Source of the DNA: Phoronis australis
Taxonomy: Eukaryota; Animalia; Phoronida
Length of the DNA: 64,000 nucleotides
Direction: 5' to 3'
Assembly: GCA_002633005.1 (NCBI GenBank)
Contig: NMRA01000010.1
Coordinates: 1,336,982 to 1,400,981 of the forward strand
The position numbers were made by a program, and so were the translations under genes. Shown here in pieces: positions 1 to 41,485 of the stretch. Every line of letters begins with the position of its first letter. Positions within the stretch are counted from its first letter, which is position 1. A model generated the notes under the pieces. The model saw only the letters and a list, made by a program, of their open reading frames with translations, ran no database searches and was not told the DNA's origin.

Positions 1-544
1 GACCAATTTTATAACTGCGACTTAAATTATTTTTGCCAAAAATCTCCGGTTAATTGCCCTTTTAAATATTGTTCATGAAGGTCCCAAGAGCCACTCACCT
101 TTCTCCCTGTTGAATTGACTTTTACGTAGTCTTGATTGTTCGTCAGTGTCTTGCGTCTATGGAAAGTATCCTAGATAAGGGACACGGAATGGAGCGCGCC
201 TGGTTCACTGCAAGCTCTTGCGGGTTTTGCTATTCCCTGAGCAAGAAAACACACACCAATGTTTATTTAGGCGTTAAATGTCAAAACTACGCGACTGCGG
301 GTACGGGACAAATACAGTACATTGGGTTATTCAGGTTCTTCCATTATTAGAAAGTAAATGTGATCGAATTGGGGCTCCACGTGATCCGGCCCTCCATCTC
401 TACGATCTTTAGGCCTTCTTCTGTTACGCATGTGAATGGGTGACTTCTAATGTAAGGGAACTCGACGGCTTTCTTTTTGTCTTCTAAATGATCTACCATT
501 TACATTCACAAAGGTGTTTCGTTGTACTGTTTCTTCAATTTCAG

Positions 545-680
545 GAATCATCGTATTCCGTGCTACAGAATACCTAAACCGAACCTGAAAGTGTTCGACT
601 CCGATGTATCCAGGCGCTCGCACCTTCATCGTCACGGCGGGTTTCACCGATCTAAATACTATTTTAAGTACCATTACTAG
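545..680 (+). CDS. Terminal coding exon of upstream heme peroxidase paralog (gene A; rest of gene lies left of the window)
   Basis: Acceptor ttcttcaatttcag|G, then NHRIPCYRIPKPNLKVFDSDVSRRSHLHRHGGFHRSKYYFKYHY*. Aligns with the last exon of gene B (NGRIPCSKIPRANLEVFDS) in the same splice phase. Confidence 0.88.
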
Positions 681-815
681 TACCGAGCTACACTATTGCA
701 AAATGAATAGCCACATCTCTTTTTTGTGGAGGTACGCGTGGAAATGACAAGAAAAATTCAGTCCGGTTACGCTCTTCTGAGCTCGTCACTCAACGTGAAG
801 ACTATTGTGACGTAC

Positions 816-821
816 AATAAA
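816..821 (+). promoter_or_regulatory. Candidate polyadenylation signal of gene A
   Basis: AATAAA about 135 nt after the gene A stop codon; common hexamer, so positional evidence only. Confidence 0.35.
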
Positions 822-1169
822 CATTGTGTATCTCTGTGTAAGGGTAACATTTTATTGCCATTAGAATGACGAATTATGGAATAAGAAGTACGGCAGCAGT
901 TAGTCAAGTGCCCCATAGACACACAGAATATGATTGGGGCGTGTTGTAAAGAGATGTGGCCCTTTTGTTTAAATTTTATTTTTTGTACATGTGCATCTTT
1001 GTACCCCATTATATACACACACACCCGCACGCACGCACACACACACACATATATAAACTACCGTCTTTACAAGGAGTAGTTTCGCATGGGAAAAAAGTTG
1101 TGGATCCAGAGGGATCCGATTTAGCCACTTTGTATTGCTATTTTTGAAGAATGTGGCAGTTCGTTGTAC

Positions 1170-1459
1170 CATAGACTATAGTACAAGGACCGCCAACTCC
1201 GTAACTTCCTACTCCGTAACTTTCAAGGGACGAAATCTGTGCTCCTACAGAAGCAATGACATCATATTCACTAGCGACACCTAGCCAAATTATCTGGTGT
1301 TATTTCCGGCAAGTACCTCGTCTGCTAATCATGGTCGACTGTTGTGTCGTCACAATTCACTAATCCAAACTGGGCCAGATAATTTAGCAGAGTGGCACCT
1401 CCTCTATGATATTGCGCAAGAAAATAACGGAGTGACGAATCTGTTGTCTCCCATCTATG
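1170..1459. mobile_element. MITE-like interspersed repeat (CATAG...CTATG termini), copy 1
   Basis: Similar over ~280 bp to 16394-16670; imperfect terminal inverted repeats catagactatag / ttgtctcccatctatg. Confidence 0.7.
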
Positions 1460-4400
1460 ATTGTACCAAAATCACCTTTATCTGTGATCCTTGCTTAGCG
1501 TCTTATGAAACCAAGCTGGAAATGTTATTTTCAAATGAACAATCGTGAAGGGAAATATGACTTGCACTGAATAGTTCATAAACTTGATTATTTTTCTTTG
1601 CTTGCTTATAAAATAAACAAAAATAATTTGCAACCGATATCAAGAACTTTTTATTAGGTACCACGCACATGCATGGAGTGGACGCCGATGCAGCGGATTC
1701 GTTTTGTTTATAGTCGAAGACAATCCGACTCCGGTGACATCCAATTAACGTTCATGTAGTGAAATAGATTTTTCACAGTCTTCTGAAGTCATATAGTTGC
1801 ACTACCTCTATATAAGAGAACATGAACCAAATCTTAGAAACTTTGAGCATTTATATCACATGAAAAATGATCATGTTATTGAAACTGTTTGCTGCTCTTC
1901 TAAATTTTACTAAGATGACATGGCCACGTGACTCAGTCATGGACAAATTGATCTAAAGACAAAAATCCAAGTACACAGGTTTATGCTTTCAGAAAATATA
2001 TATATATTTTTACTGAAATGCTATAGTTTTGTGTCTGTCGTTAAAAATATATTCACAGCCTTGTAAATGAGATCCTAGTACATACATTGTACATGTAGCA
2101 TGAAAACGTTCCTCTTTTTCATGAAAGACTACGAAACATGGGTTGTAGATCTTTTCTATGTTTCGCTTAATGCAGACCATTTCGATTGACGAGGATTTTG
2201 AGAGCAACATTCACTCGTAAGTCATCAAACTTTAGAGAATTGTTCTTCATTGATATTGAATACGACATGTGTGCTGTGGAAACCATTCTCCAATTGTTAC
2301 ATTTACGAACATCGGTTGATCAGTCCTTGCAGGTCTTTTTGATGCAGGTAGTAAAACAACCGTTTTCAGCAACAACGTACCGTTGTCTACATGCAGTTAC
2401 ATGTATTTGGTAATTACTGATATCTGAGGACTGACACTGAGACGTATCTAAAGCTTGAAACAGCCATATCCGGGTAGAAAAACAACACGGGCTCTCGACT
2501 TCGCTATTCTTAAAACGATACAGACATCATTTTTGTCCGAGTGGCATGGAATTTATACGTTGCTTATGTTCATATTTTTGTTTTACGGATACTTAAACTA
2601 TTCCTAGTGGTACATTGCAGTCTGATATGTAGATAGACCTCGTCAAGAGCGACAAATAATTGTATTTTCGTTTCTTACGGTTCTTGAGATATTCGAGATT
2701 TCTGATTACAGTTCCTTTACTGACTGACTATTACTCGCTCTCTTGTCGCTTAAATATTCTTTAAATAACATAACCATCAATAAACGTTATATTCCGCCAG
2801 AGCATTCGTAATCCTATCGGTGTCATTGATTGGACACTACCATCATAGTATAAAATAACAAGTGCGATATGTTGTAAGAAAGAATGCACATAAAAACGAA
2901 TGGAACACATCTTCATCACATCATAACTTGATGGCCATGGCAAAATACCCTATTTGACTTTATTGGACCTAGAGCTCTAACCCTGGGAAGTGACTCCAGT
3001 GGCAACATGGTTGTGTACCAAGTGCTACTCAGTAGACGTTGCACAAATATCAAGCTACGTACAATTGGTTTATATGGTATTGTATTTTTCAAGCTGAAAC
3101 AAGGTTTATACTACTACCGTCTATCAGTAAGTAATTCAATGAGAAATAAAGAATCCTACATGAGTTTCAGGTTGATGACATGGGCAAAACCTCTTGGAAA
3201 TCTCGTCAAAATCCCGAGTCTTGCCGTAAAAACGACCTTTCTTGCCAACAAACTCTACCTGTTTGAAACTTTCAACCACATGACGTAGCTTTTGAAAAAA
3301 CAGGCTTGCGCATTGTAAAGTAAACTCAGTTAATTTTTGTCAAAACTTTTATTTAAACTTAGCAACTGTAAATTGCATTCAGTTTTTATTACAGATGTTC
3401 AAGTATAGTCTTTGACGTTGTAATATTGAAACTTAACAAATGTTTACAAATAACAGCCAGCAGGGCTTCCCCGCGTGTGAGCACTGAATTGACTTTGAGA
3501 CAGCACCGCTAGACAGTCACACAGCGTTTCTTGACTTGGGGTTCGTCTCCGTTTGAATGAACGATGATATGAAATTTGCAGCCGAAGATATACTTCTGAC
3601 TGGGATTCTTTACAGTTGCGACACCCGATTTGTCAATCTTAATCTTATCACCGGCAATGTTTGGTTGGTGCGGGTTTAGAGTTTTACAGACGATAAAATG
3701 TAAGGCGTATGGATTGCTACATAGCACTACTTTGTGATTCGCCCTCGTAAAATCAAAAATATTACGTATTCGTTGTTATTGACCAATCGTGTCGGAAAAC
3801 TTTTCAAGTCATGTGAGAAAAGACTTTCAGTAACTATGACATAGTTGCGCTGTTAGTAGAACAATAAATGTGGCTACAGATTCACGTTCTGTCGATGAAA
3901 CTCAACGTTTGGTTTAGACTACTTGCCTATGTAAAACTAATCCCAGTTTGTTTCTTATTCTGATGAGAAATAATTTTTGTTATGCAATTAACTGTCAGTT
4001 AGTTATTGCTCAAGACCATGTTAGTAGACTAAAGGACCCGCGGTGGCAAGTCAACCTGCAAGTCTCAAGCAATAAATAATAATGTCGGTCTTTCCGAAAA
4101 CATAATTCACGTCTGTTTTATTAAGGGGCAACTTGAGGTCAACTTCACACCAGAGTCTAGATAAAAATTTGATTTTCATAACAGAAGCCGAATTTATATC
4201 CCCGTTTAAAAAGCCAATAGAGCCTAAAGTACTTTAAAAGAGCACTGACACAAAGCCTAGATAGAGTTGACAAGAATGCAGGCGGCCCAGACAATAAAGA
4301 CGTGGGTGGACGACAAACAGCTTTGAATCAATAAAAATGACAGAGGGCAATCAATTAAAATTTCGTTCTGAGACCTCCATATTAGTAACTCAGACTTGTA

Positions 4401-6015
4401 TACACAAGTCCGAGGTAGTGAGATCAAATAGGCAAATGAAATCATACATATGCGGACTTAAGGGAGATCAGGTGGCACTACCCTCATACGGGCATGATAA
4501 AAATGACACCGATGTATGAATTCAAGGCTCTCACAATGAGGATTCGTCTTTTTCAAATTGTGATTGCTACCATGCAAACCTTGGATCCGGAAGTGCTATT
4601 GGTAGAACATGAACCATTGGCACAGAGCCCAGGGGGCAGATGTGGAGTGGAGCACCCTTTCGCTCACGAAGTTGGGAGGCAGTGCCCTCTACAAACGCGG
4701 CCAGAATAATATCTGCTGAATTGTTTTGCAACCAATGCTCGAGGAGTGGGGCAAAATTGGTGTCGACCATACTGGATGGGTTTCAGCTGCACCCCGCCCA
4801 CCATCTTATAACTATGATTAGGATATTAGATTTAATCCAACTACGATGGTAATCACATATTAAACTATGGAATTCAAATCTGGACAGGGTCACTTTATCA
4901 AATACTATAAAGCGCACAACTCGGCTTATACGATTTGGTAAGAGCTTCTCAGCCGCACGCTAAAAACTGGAGCGATACGTCGGTAGATACAACCAAGATA
5001 ACTAGGAGAAGTTGTTTCACTGACTTTTATGCAGAGTGTCATAAATCGATCCATACAAGTCCTTGGAGTTTGGAAGTTAGTTTCTAAACTACGCAAGCAA
5101 CTTGACAGGTTTTATTCACCATATCCTGCATTGTAAGCCTAATTTATCGGGAATCTTCTATGTTACAAATCATTGCTTCGTTATCCATTAAAATTACAGT
5201 CGGTAGCCTCGACAATGCTATTACAGGCTTACGTCTCGTAGGATCCCTTCAGATTTTTACGCCTTCTTCCTTTTAGAAATACATGTAGGCCGACTATCTT
5301 GTATTTTCCACAATTTCTGCATACATTCCATTACGTTTGGATTTTTGTAGCTGCGCATGCGTTATAGCATTTGTTTACTCAGAATAAGTATCCCGGAAAA
5401 ATAAATCGAAATTTTTCCTCGTACTTAGAATTAAAACCACGATTTAGCAACTCTTTTTCGCACTTGGGAAAGTTAATCACATCTTGAACTTAATGTCGTA
5501 CAAAAGGGCCAACTAAAACGGCGCTGAAACGTATTTCTTAGCTAAAACTCGGTCAATGGGCATTTCGGTGTAATCGGAGTGATCATATTGTATGAACAAA
5601 ATTTACATGAGCTACATGTATCGTTTACGACAGGCTTCGATTTCTAGAAATTGCTTTCAGAAATGTTACACCTCGATTACCAATGATTGTAACGAGTCTG
5701 TCGCACATTGTATGTGGTCTACAGTGCATGAATGTGAAATAAAAAAATGAGTTCACCTGCGTCATATGGCGAACATTTATGCATACATTAAGTTACCTAT
5801 TGAGTGTTTCTGGTAATAGTACACTGAAAATTCATAAACAACAGAGCTACGTGAGGCTTGCAGTTGTTACACTCTGCTGCTCCGACAATTTTTTTCATGG
5901 TATAACGTATGGGTGAATAATTATTTATTTTCTTGCTAATATTTAAAACTCCTATTTTTCAGGAAATCAACTGTCGAGTAGTTTATTGCTGAAAAAGAAC
6001 GTCGTTTCCTAAACA

Positions 6016-34268
<28,253 letters not shown>

Positions 34269-34892
34269 TTAGTAAGCCGCAGTATGCTATACATCGGTTA
34301 CTTGGCCCAATTTCATCTCTTCGCTTCGGAGATGGATAAACACATTGTGTGATTGATATAGTCTTTGAAAAACAGGACAGTAACCACTCCTCGACGCAGT
34401 TTCATGGGTCTAGTAAATAATCTTACATTGCGCCCAACTCAATCTATCTCTTTGTTTGAGAGTTTCAAATCCTCTTGCAGAAATAACATGAAGGCTGATA
34501 AAAATAATGAGTTTTAATGATGAATGGTGACATACGGATGCGCAGAGTAGCGTCGTAATATTTAGGGGTTTGATTATTATAATCACATGTGGAGCTCTAT
34601 TTTGTTATACACGTGGTGGTTTCAAACGACATTTGGAACTGAAGTCATAACATTCATTAATTCCCATTGGTCGAAATCTGGGAAACCCCTTTCAGTTTAC
34701 TGTTACGCAGTNAAAGGTGATTGGAATTGTCTACTTCAGGTTATACCAAGGAATAGAAAATAACATCAATATGCAGAAGTTTTTCCAAAAAATATAACGC
34801 ATGTACATACGTATAAGTGGTACTGAGGTGTCTCAATGAAAGTTACTTCAGTGATACACTCATAACTTTTCTAGCTATCTACAGTAGTATTA

Positions 34893-35204
34893 CAGAGGCG
34901 GATCTAGGATATCACTCATAAGGGGGCAACACTTTGTGTCGGCCATCCACCCCAAAATATAGGGGTGCTCGAATTTCTAAGAATATGGACCTTTCACCGA
35001 AAAACAAACGGAGGACTTAAAACGGGACCCCCCACACACGCACACACCCACACGCAAACTACAACTGCCCACGTTAAATATTGTCTCAGCCGCATGATAA
35101 TTACCGGGGACAATTAATAAACTCAATATTTCCTCACACTCTTGCTCTTTTATTTTTTGCGGGATCCAAGGAGGGGGGGTTGGCCCCCTATTAATCCGCC
35201 TATG
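34893..35204. mobile_element. hAT-type MITE (cagaggcggat...atccgcctatg), near 5-bp TSD tatta/catta
   Basis: Same terminal motif as the other CAGTGGCGGAT elements, different interior. Confidence 0.6.
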
Positions 35205-37032
35205 CATTACTTGTCCTATTACCTAATTCATCCTAGTGTGGTGAACTGGTAATTTGTACAGTTTGAAACGACATGGTTTCATGGTTGAGACAGTTGTGTC
35301 CTGGACTCTGTTGTAAAACAACATGCTGGCTGCAATGTATATAACCGGCTAGAGTTTTCAAAATACGTTCGCATTATTGATTTTTACCAATATTATTTTT
35401 ACACCAATCAATTTACCCATTTTATCCGCCCATTATGTGCGGAATCGCAGATTTTTTCTGTCAATAACAAGCACACTTCCAACTGATTGGCCATCCAGAT
35501 CGAGAAGAACAACAGAAATGTTCACACAGAAACAACACAATGGGATACTATAACCATTTCGAACAATAAAGTTTACATTTATTTTGAAATGCCACAACCG
35601 CGCAGTAACGTTACACCGTGACATTAAAATGGAAATGTCTAGCTAGTACAAAGTTACTATACCGTACTGGTGCAAGCACTCCACTTCAGTAAAAGTCAGA
35701 TTTCAACCAACTCTAATTTAATCCCTCAATTCAGTTGGATCTGACGTTTGCTGACACACAATTATGTTACTAGTACATTTATATTGACAACACCCCACTA
35801 CAAAATAAATATGACAAAACTCAGTGATCGTTAAGTCTATCTGCTCTGTTCTACATACCCAGGCATTGATTCACTGTAAGTAGCAGAAGACCATAAACAG
35901 GACAGAATATAAAAATGATGATTTTCCTCAAGTAAGACAGTTGCAGATTTTAATAGCTTGCCAGGCTACAAGACATCTGTCCCATCTCTTGAAATCCGCA
36001 GAAACAACCCATCTACTGTTCCAATATAACATAGTGGGGTGTAGTATTCTTGCGGTATCCCCTCCTTCGATCCTTCCCTGTTCCTAATAACCTGGCTACA
36101 TTTAATAAATCTTCGAATTGGTGTTCATTCTGTAAAAATCGCCAACTTGTACTTCTTGTGCTTCTTCGTTGCTAGAAAACACCAGATATTTTGGAGAGAA
36201 TAAGGTCACTAAAGCCTTAGAGACACATCGGACTAAGAAAGGGAGTCAGGTAAAAAAACACGAAAAATCGACCTTAATGGGTGTTCTATGGACCAAATGA
36301 AGTTGGACAATATTGTTTCTCCGATCGGATTCTTACCCACAAAATCATTCTATTTCAGTTTCATTGTTTAAGCCTCGAAAGACCAAAAGATTATATCAAT
36401 GATTCTGGGTCTAATTCCAGAAGTCAAACTTTATTTTTGATGTTTTCTGCTACAACTAAAGATAAGCGTTAAGACCCTTCAATTATGTGCTCAAGTGTTC
36501 AATGATTTTCCTGGATGAAAATCCTAATTTGCATTTGATGATCCTGACATTAAAGCTAAGAGTTTTTATTTGAAATCCCGTGTTGTTACCAATATTAGTT
36601 CCTAGATACTACACAGTGCACACGCATCTCGATGAACATGATTCATCAGCAACATGGTGGACCACTCCGCTCAACGAAAACCACGTGACTTCAACTCTAG
36701 TTATATTTATTTCATTGATGACGACCACCTTTGACTTGAGTAGTTGCAATTTATCAAGACGGACATAGATAAAAGTAAACAAAATCAAGGGAAACCCGAT
36801 CCAGTGGCTTAAGCCCAAACAAGTCCCGGTTCATAAAGGCGTGTGCAAGTGTTGACAATGCGATCGCTAAACTTCCTACCAAGCATGCGCATTGATGCCC
36901 ATACACGGAATTCCGTGTGTCGTTCATGTTTCCGAAGAGTCACTTTGCAATGTAGGTGGCGCTGTGTCGTAGGGTAATGTCAGTGAGAACCATGAATCGA
37001 ATTCCGTTTGTTGAGTTGTAAGACGTTCTTAA

Positions 37033-37560
37033 AGGAGAATGCCACCCGATTTAATTATTGTTTTTGCCGTCTTAATCGGTCTATATCCACATCCTCTTGC
37101 ATACGGTAGACCTTACCTTGCCAAGAGGTGTCGCGTTAACCTGTGAGGAAGGTGACAAACGACGTAGCGAAGTCAGTGGTTCATTTGCAGAGTTAAAGCC
37201 GCTATGTTGCGGTACATCGTTCCCGCTTGTCCGAACTATGCAGCTGCGAGGAAAGCGGGTATATCGTTTTTTCGACTTCCTCGAGAGTCCGAAATACTTA
37301 GGAAGTGGCTCGCGGTAGTGAAAAATTGAAAGTACGCTGTAAATAGCAAGTATGAGGCCGTGAAACATCTCCGTGTCTGTGGCCTGCAGTCGTCGCGGGA
37401 CAGTGCCTGACGAATGCCGGCTTACCAAATAACTATCCATACGTTCCGTTGTCTGAGCTTGTTCACGGCGCCTTTCTAGTATTTCTTCGTCACTGTATTC
37501 TTGTTCGAACTGATAGCCTGTGAAACTTAACGATCCACCTGGCAAGTCTTCGTTAGGATG
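37033..37560 (-). pseudogene. Possible decayed Kolobok-associated (P2X7 C-terminal-like) ORF
   Basis: Minus ORF 37081-37545 with YQFEQEYSDEE and FPRSCIVRT...SGF motifs; TTAA|AGGAG terminus at 37033; the other terminus was not found. Confidence 0.35.
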
Positions 37561-37887
37561 AGCTCTCGTCTAAGTCGGGATTGCGAGTGCAGACTCTGGC
37601 TGGCGACTGACTGCCGCGAAGTCGACATCGGCGAGTGCCTCAGTTAACAGGCATCGGTAGAATAATCATGGAATAATCATTAAAATAATCACAAACCTTA
37701 CCTTTGTATGAGGTCGTGCTTACTTCCTCTCATAGAAGCACCCTTTTTACGCAATCTCAGATTCAGTTGGCACGGCTGCAAGCCATTTCACCATCATTTA
37801 AAGGGCTCGCGAAATCGAGGCAGTTAATCTATCACCACTAGTACACACACGCCCTCTAGTTATTGTAGATTTTCCGAATAGCCCCAT

Positions 37888-38073
37888 TGGCACGACGTTT
37901 CGGTCCGTCATTTCTTCCGGCCATCTTCAGGTGTTACAGCACTCTAAGAAAGAAGCGCACGGGTGCCTGAAATCCTTATGGTGGGCACTTGGATTATGTT
38001 TTCCTGGTAAGCGGCGGAGTTGAACCTGGGACCTATTGGTTGTCAACCCAACAATAACACCATTATATAGTCC
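37888..38073 (-). mobile_element. tRNA-derived SINE-like remnant
   Basis: Minus-strand B-box GGTTCAACTCC (38016-38026) with a degenerate A-box; 3' part carries a CTGAAGATGG...CCGAAACG motif. Confidence 0.4.
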
Positions 38074-39024
38074 GTTGAGTCATCCATAAAAGGTATTTAA
38101 CTCGTTGAATTTATTTATGTGAGTATTTGGACTCTTCCAACATTACACCCCTTTTTATAATTTGGCCTGGTCTCTAGCCTCTTATGTGCAGGGTTATAAA
38201 AGTTGTTAAAAATGCTGTGTCTCATCAAAACCGTGACTATTTAAATTGGTAGCAAGCCCAACCTAGTGACTTCCTGGAGAACTTTGTGTACAAGTATAAT
38301 CAGTAAAAGAAATAATTTGTAAATAAATTGCAACTGATACACTCAAAAACAAATGTGAACATATACAAAAGTGCCCTTAGGAATTTCTTTGTTCTTACAA
38401 TCAACTTTCAGTGCTATTTCACAGTGTTCATGCACTCGCAGACGTTCGAGTTTCTCCCAGACATTTTCCCGTTCCACTACCTCCCCTTCATCAGAGTTTT
38501 TCTCGTCCTCCGTGCGACGGATTTTAATTGCCCATCTATTCTTTTCACATTGTATTATACCACTATTCTAGCAATTAATAAATGACCTATTTACGCCAAC
38601 CTGTGATCTCTTTTGATCTCATTTCTTCTCTGGAGACGAGCTTGCGACGTACGATTCTTGTCTAGCCCAGGTGTCGAACACAAACGTTTGGATAGTGAAA
38701 GATTCATTTTAATGATTACTTTCAATTTATTGAAATTTATTTCGTCATAGCAAGTTCTTGTTCACAAAACTGTCACCCTTCAATTTTAGAATAGGTTACA
38801 CAGGGAGTTACGACACTAGTTGACATGTTGAGTTTACGGTTGGCTTATATGAGATACGCTCAGTTTGCACATATTTTTTTGGAATTTGTGCCTCGGATGT
38901 ATATTTGGATGGCAACTAAGCATGGTTGAACTCTAAAGAGACTATAACCTTCTCAATCTCACTGAGCTGAGCTCTTCCAGTCGTTTATTAAACCCGCGCC
39001 TTTTGCCCAAACACAATAGTTGTG

Positions 39025-39151
39025 ACTGAGTTCGCTGGTTAGTCCGGTCAACCGGCTAAGGCACCTGATTGGGTTAAAAGCCGGAAGTCGCCACCGAAAA
39101 CCAATCGGATGTCTTAGCCGATTAACCTGGTGGAACCGGAGAACTCAATCA
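39025..39151. mobile_element. Imperfect palindromic MITE
   Basis: gagttc...aaccggctaaggcacctgattgg mirrored by ccaatcggatgtcttagccgatt...gaactc. Confidence 0.55.
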
Positions 39152-39224
39152 GGTACTCTCTGTATGTAGGCAACTTATCGTAAAATATACCTCCTTTTGT
39201 TCCTTAGAAGCGATTTTTAGACTT

Positions 39225-39380
39225 CAGGGCTGAGTTGCATAAAGCTTCAAAAGTTATCCACCGGATAAGTTTGATTGTTGCATGACGTCAGGTGTTTTGT
39301 TCAATAATAACAACGTGACCCGTGATAATGCGACGTCATTGTTGCTATACGGCGTATAACGTTTATGCAACTGGGCCCAG
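39225..39380. mobile_element. PIF/Harbinger-like MITE
   Basis: Inverted termini gggctgagttgcataaa / tttatgcaactgggccc. Confidence 0.55.
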
Positions 39381-41330
39381 AAGAATAAAAAGTTGGTTAT
39401 TGCCTCAAATCAGGCTCCGGCGTCTGGTTGCTAGTCACGGTGGGTTAGATTCAGCCGCCGAAGTGGTGAGGAAGGCAGCCATGCAAGGAAATTGTAGGCA
39501 TTTTATTGCAACCATTTTCAAATCAAACAAAGGATTAGAACGGATTGCCACCTGTTGACGTTTATTACTGAGCGTCCTGTTTTAAAATGAATTATTCTCA
39601 CCTTTATATCAATACTTATATAAAACTGAAACTGTCTCATTAGATGCAATTTGGAATGCCTTTGGAGTGTTTATGAGTGCAAATGATTTGAGAAGCCAGC
39701 AATGAATAAATCACTGCATTAACGGCTTTATGTGTAATAAAGCTAATTGACGAGACACCGAGGTCGTGTGAGCTCATGCTAATTCAGTGTTTTTTGACAG
39801 AAACTGTTGTGAAACAACTCGATTTCTATCCCAAGGCCAAGTGTTAGGGGAATCTTTTTTACATTTACATTTTTCAAATGATTGTCAATGTAAAACTTCT
39901 GCAGTTTCGTGGCTAATTCACCAACATAATCACGAGCACTTTACTTCTTTGGCTCACTGGTATTTCTTGACTGGAAGTTTAGTTTCCAACTTTGGATGCA
40001 TGGTTTATGTTCGTGATGTCTTATCGGCTTCCTAGCCACTGGCCGGAATAACGAGTCAGTCCCGCGGCCGCGACGGGCCTAATCGGGTTCCGAGCCACTG
40101 CAATCGTTTTCTGTGTTTAGAGCTCAAAAGTAACAAGTCTAAACAACACAGATCTAGGTTCTCCTGTCTGTACCTGAAGGGAAAAATAATTAGAATTTAT
40201 CTCCAAACAGACCCCAAACTCCTGCTACGGACCTTATTAGCCTGCCGATCTTTGTAGGTTACGGTGTGTCCAAACACCAATAAATAAGTAACAATGAAAT
40301 AAAACAACACGTTTTTACAAGATCTCGGTGTATTTGTAAGGTTTTACATCGAAGTTTGATGATTTATTGGTGTTAAACGATGAATTCAAGAAATAAGCTG
40401 ACACCAGTAACCCGTGTTTTGAACTGCTGAACAAACTGCGTGTGAAACCAATTACGTCATTGGATAATTTCAACACCTCCGTCTGCCGTCAGGTAACGCA
40501 ACCGTACGTGCTCTTATGGAGTACAACTACTCGATCTAAATTGATACAAATTAGGTTGTTTTTTGGGTGGCATGCTCCTTTAACACAATGGGTCGTAGGC
40601 TGGGTGCGTATGATACCTTCATACCTTACAATATGCTTCTTACGAAATAAAAAAGCCAGGTGAATTTTGTCTCACTTCCTTTAATTGGCGTCATGTTGCT
40701 AAGCCATTACTGCATATCGGGAATCCATCTGAGGTTTGTATGACCTCACGCCGGTTTTCCACGTACCAGAGTAATGGCCACCTGCGCAGTTGCACTATAA
40801 GGCCACAATTGATTTCATCCGATTTGCCCTGCTCGGTTGGAAAACCAGAGGTGAGTTACGTAGAACCAAGACACTTGAGCTGCACTTGCTGCGGTGGGTA
40901 CATCTTCCTGGCCGATTTTGTTAGGATGTACCAGCAAACCACTTGCCACACTCACAAACCACGTGCCTTTAAGTCACGTAACTGTGTGTGGACTGGTGAG
41001 ATCTTGCATTTTTGGGATGCTGTTGCATTTGAGGAACTCACTGCAGCAAACGCTTCAATGTTTAATGAAAAAAGCACACACCCATATCCCGAGGCCTTGT
41101 TTTTTCTTTTAAAGCTACACTGCCTATCGTATCTACGGTAAGTTATAAAATTGTGTTTGGGGGACATTTTCCTGTTTCGTGACAGCTGAAACTGGGATAA
41201 AATTAGAAACCACGCATACCGACCACAATTTTTGAATAGTTTTCAACTAAAATACCGCACCCTCGCGTTAAAGAGTGCGTTCGGTGATTTAGCTCACACG
41301 AGAAATCTGAGACAAAGTCAGATGCGGGTC

Positions 41331-41485
41331 CAGTGACGGATTAAAGGGGGCACCAATGGGCCATGGCCCTCCTATTATTCTCCTAGGCTTCATTTGGCAT
41401 TACGGGGGTGTGAATGTCTGAAGGGCAAAATCCAGGCTAATACTCTGCCTTGGCCCCCTAACTCAAATTCATGGAACCGCCTCAG
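41331..41485 (+). mobile_element. hAT-type MITE with 5-bp TSD (GGGTC)
   Basis: Similar to 12979-13139; gggtc on both flanks. Confidence 0.72.

Noticed and set aside
35900-36818. Possible decayed LINE endonuclease on the minus strand
   Set aside because: Only faint resemblance (DKLQLL...ITRVEVTW); too degraded to support.
40740-41141. 133-aa Cys-containing ORF
   Set aside because: No recognisable domain or splice partners; length is compatible with chance.
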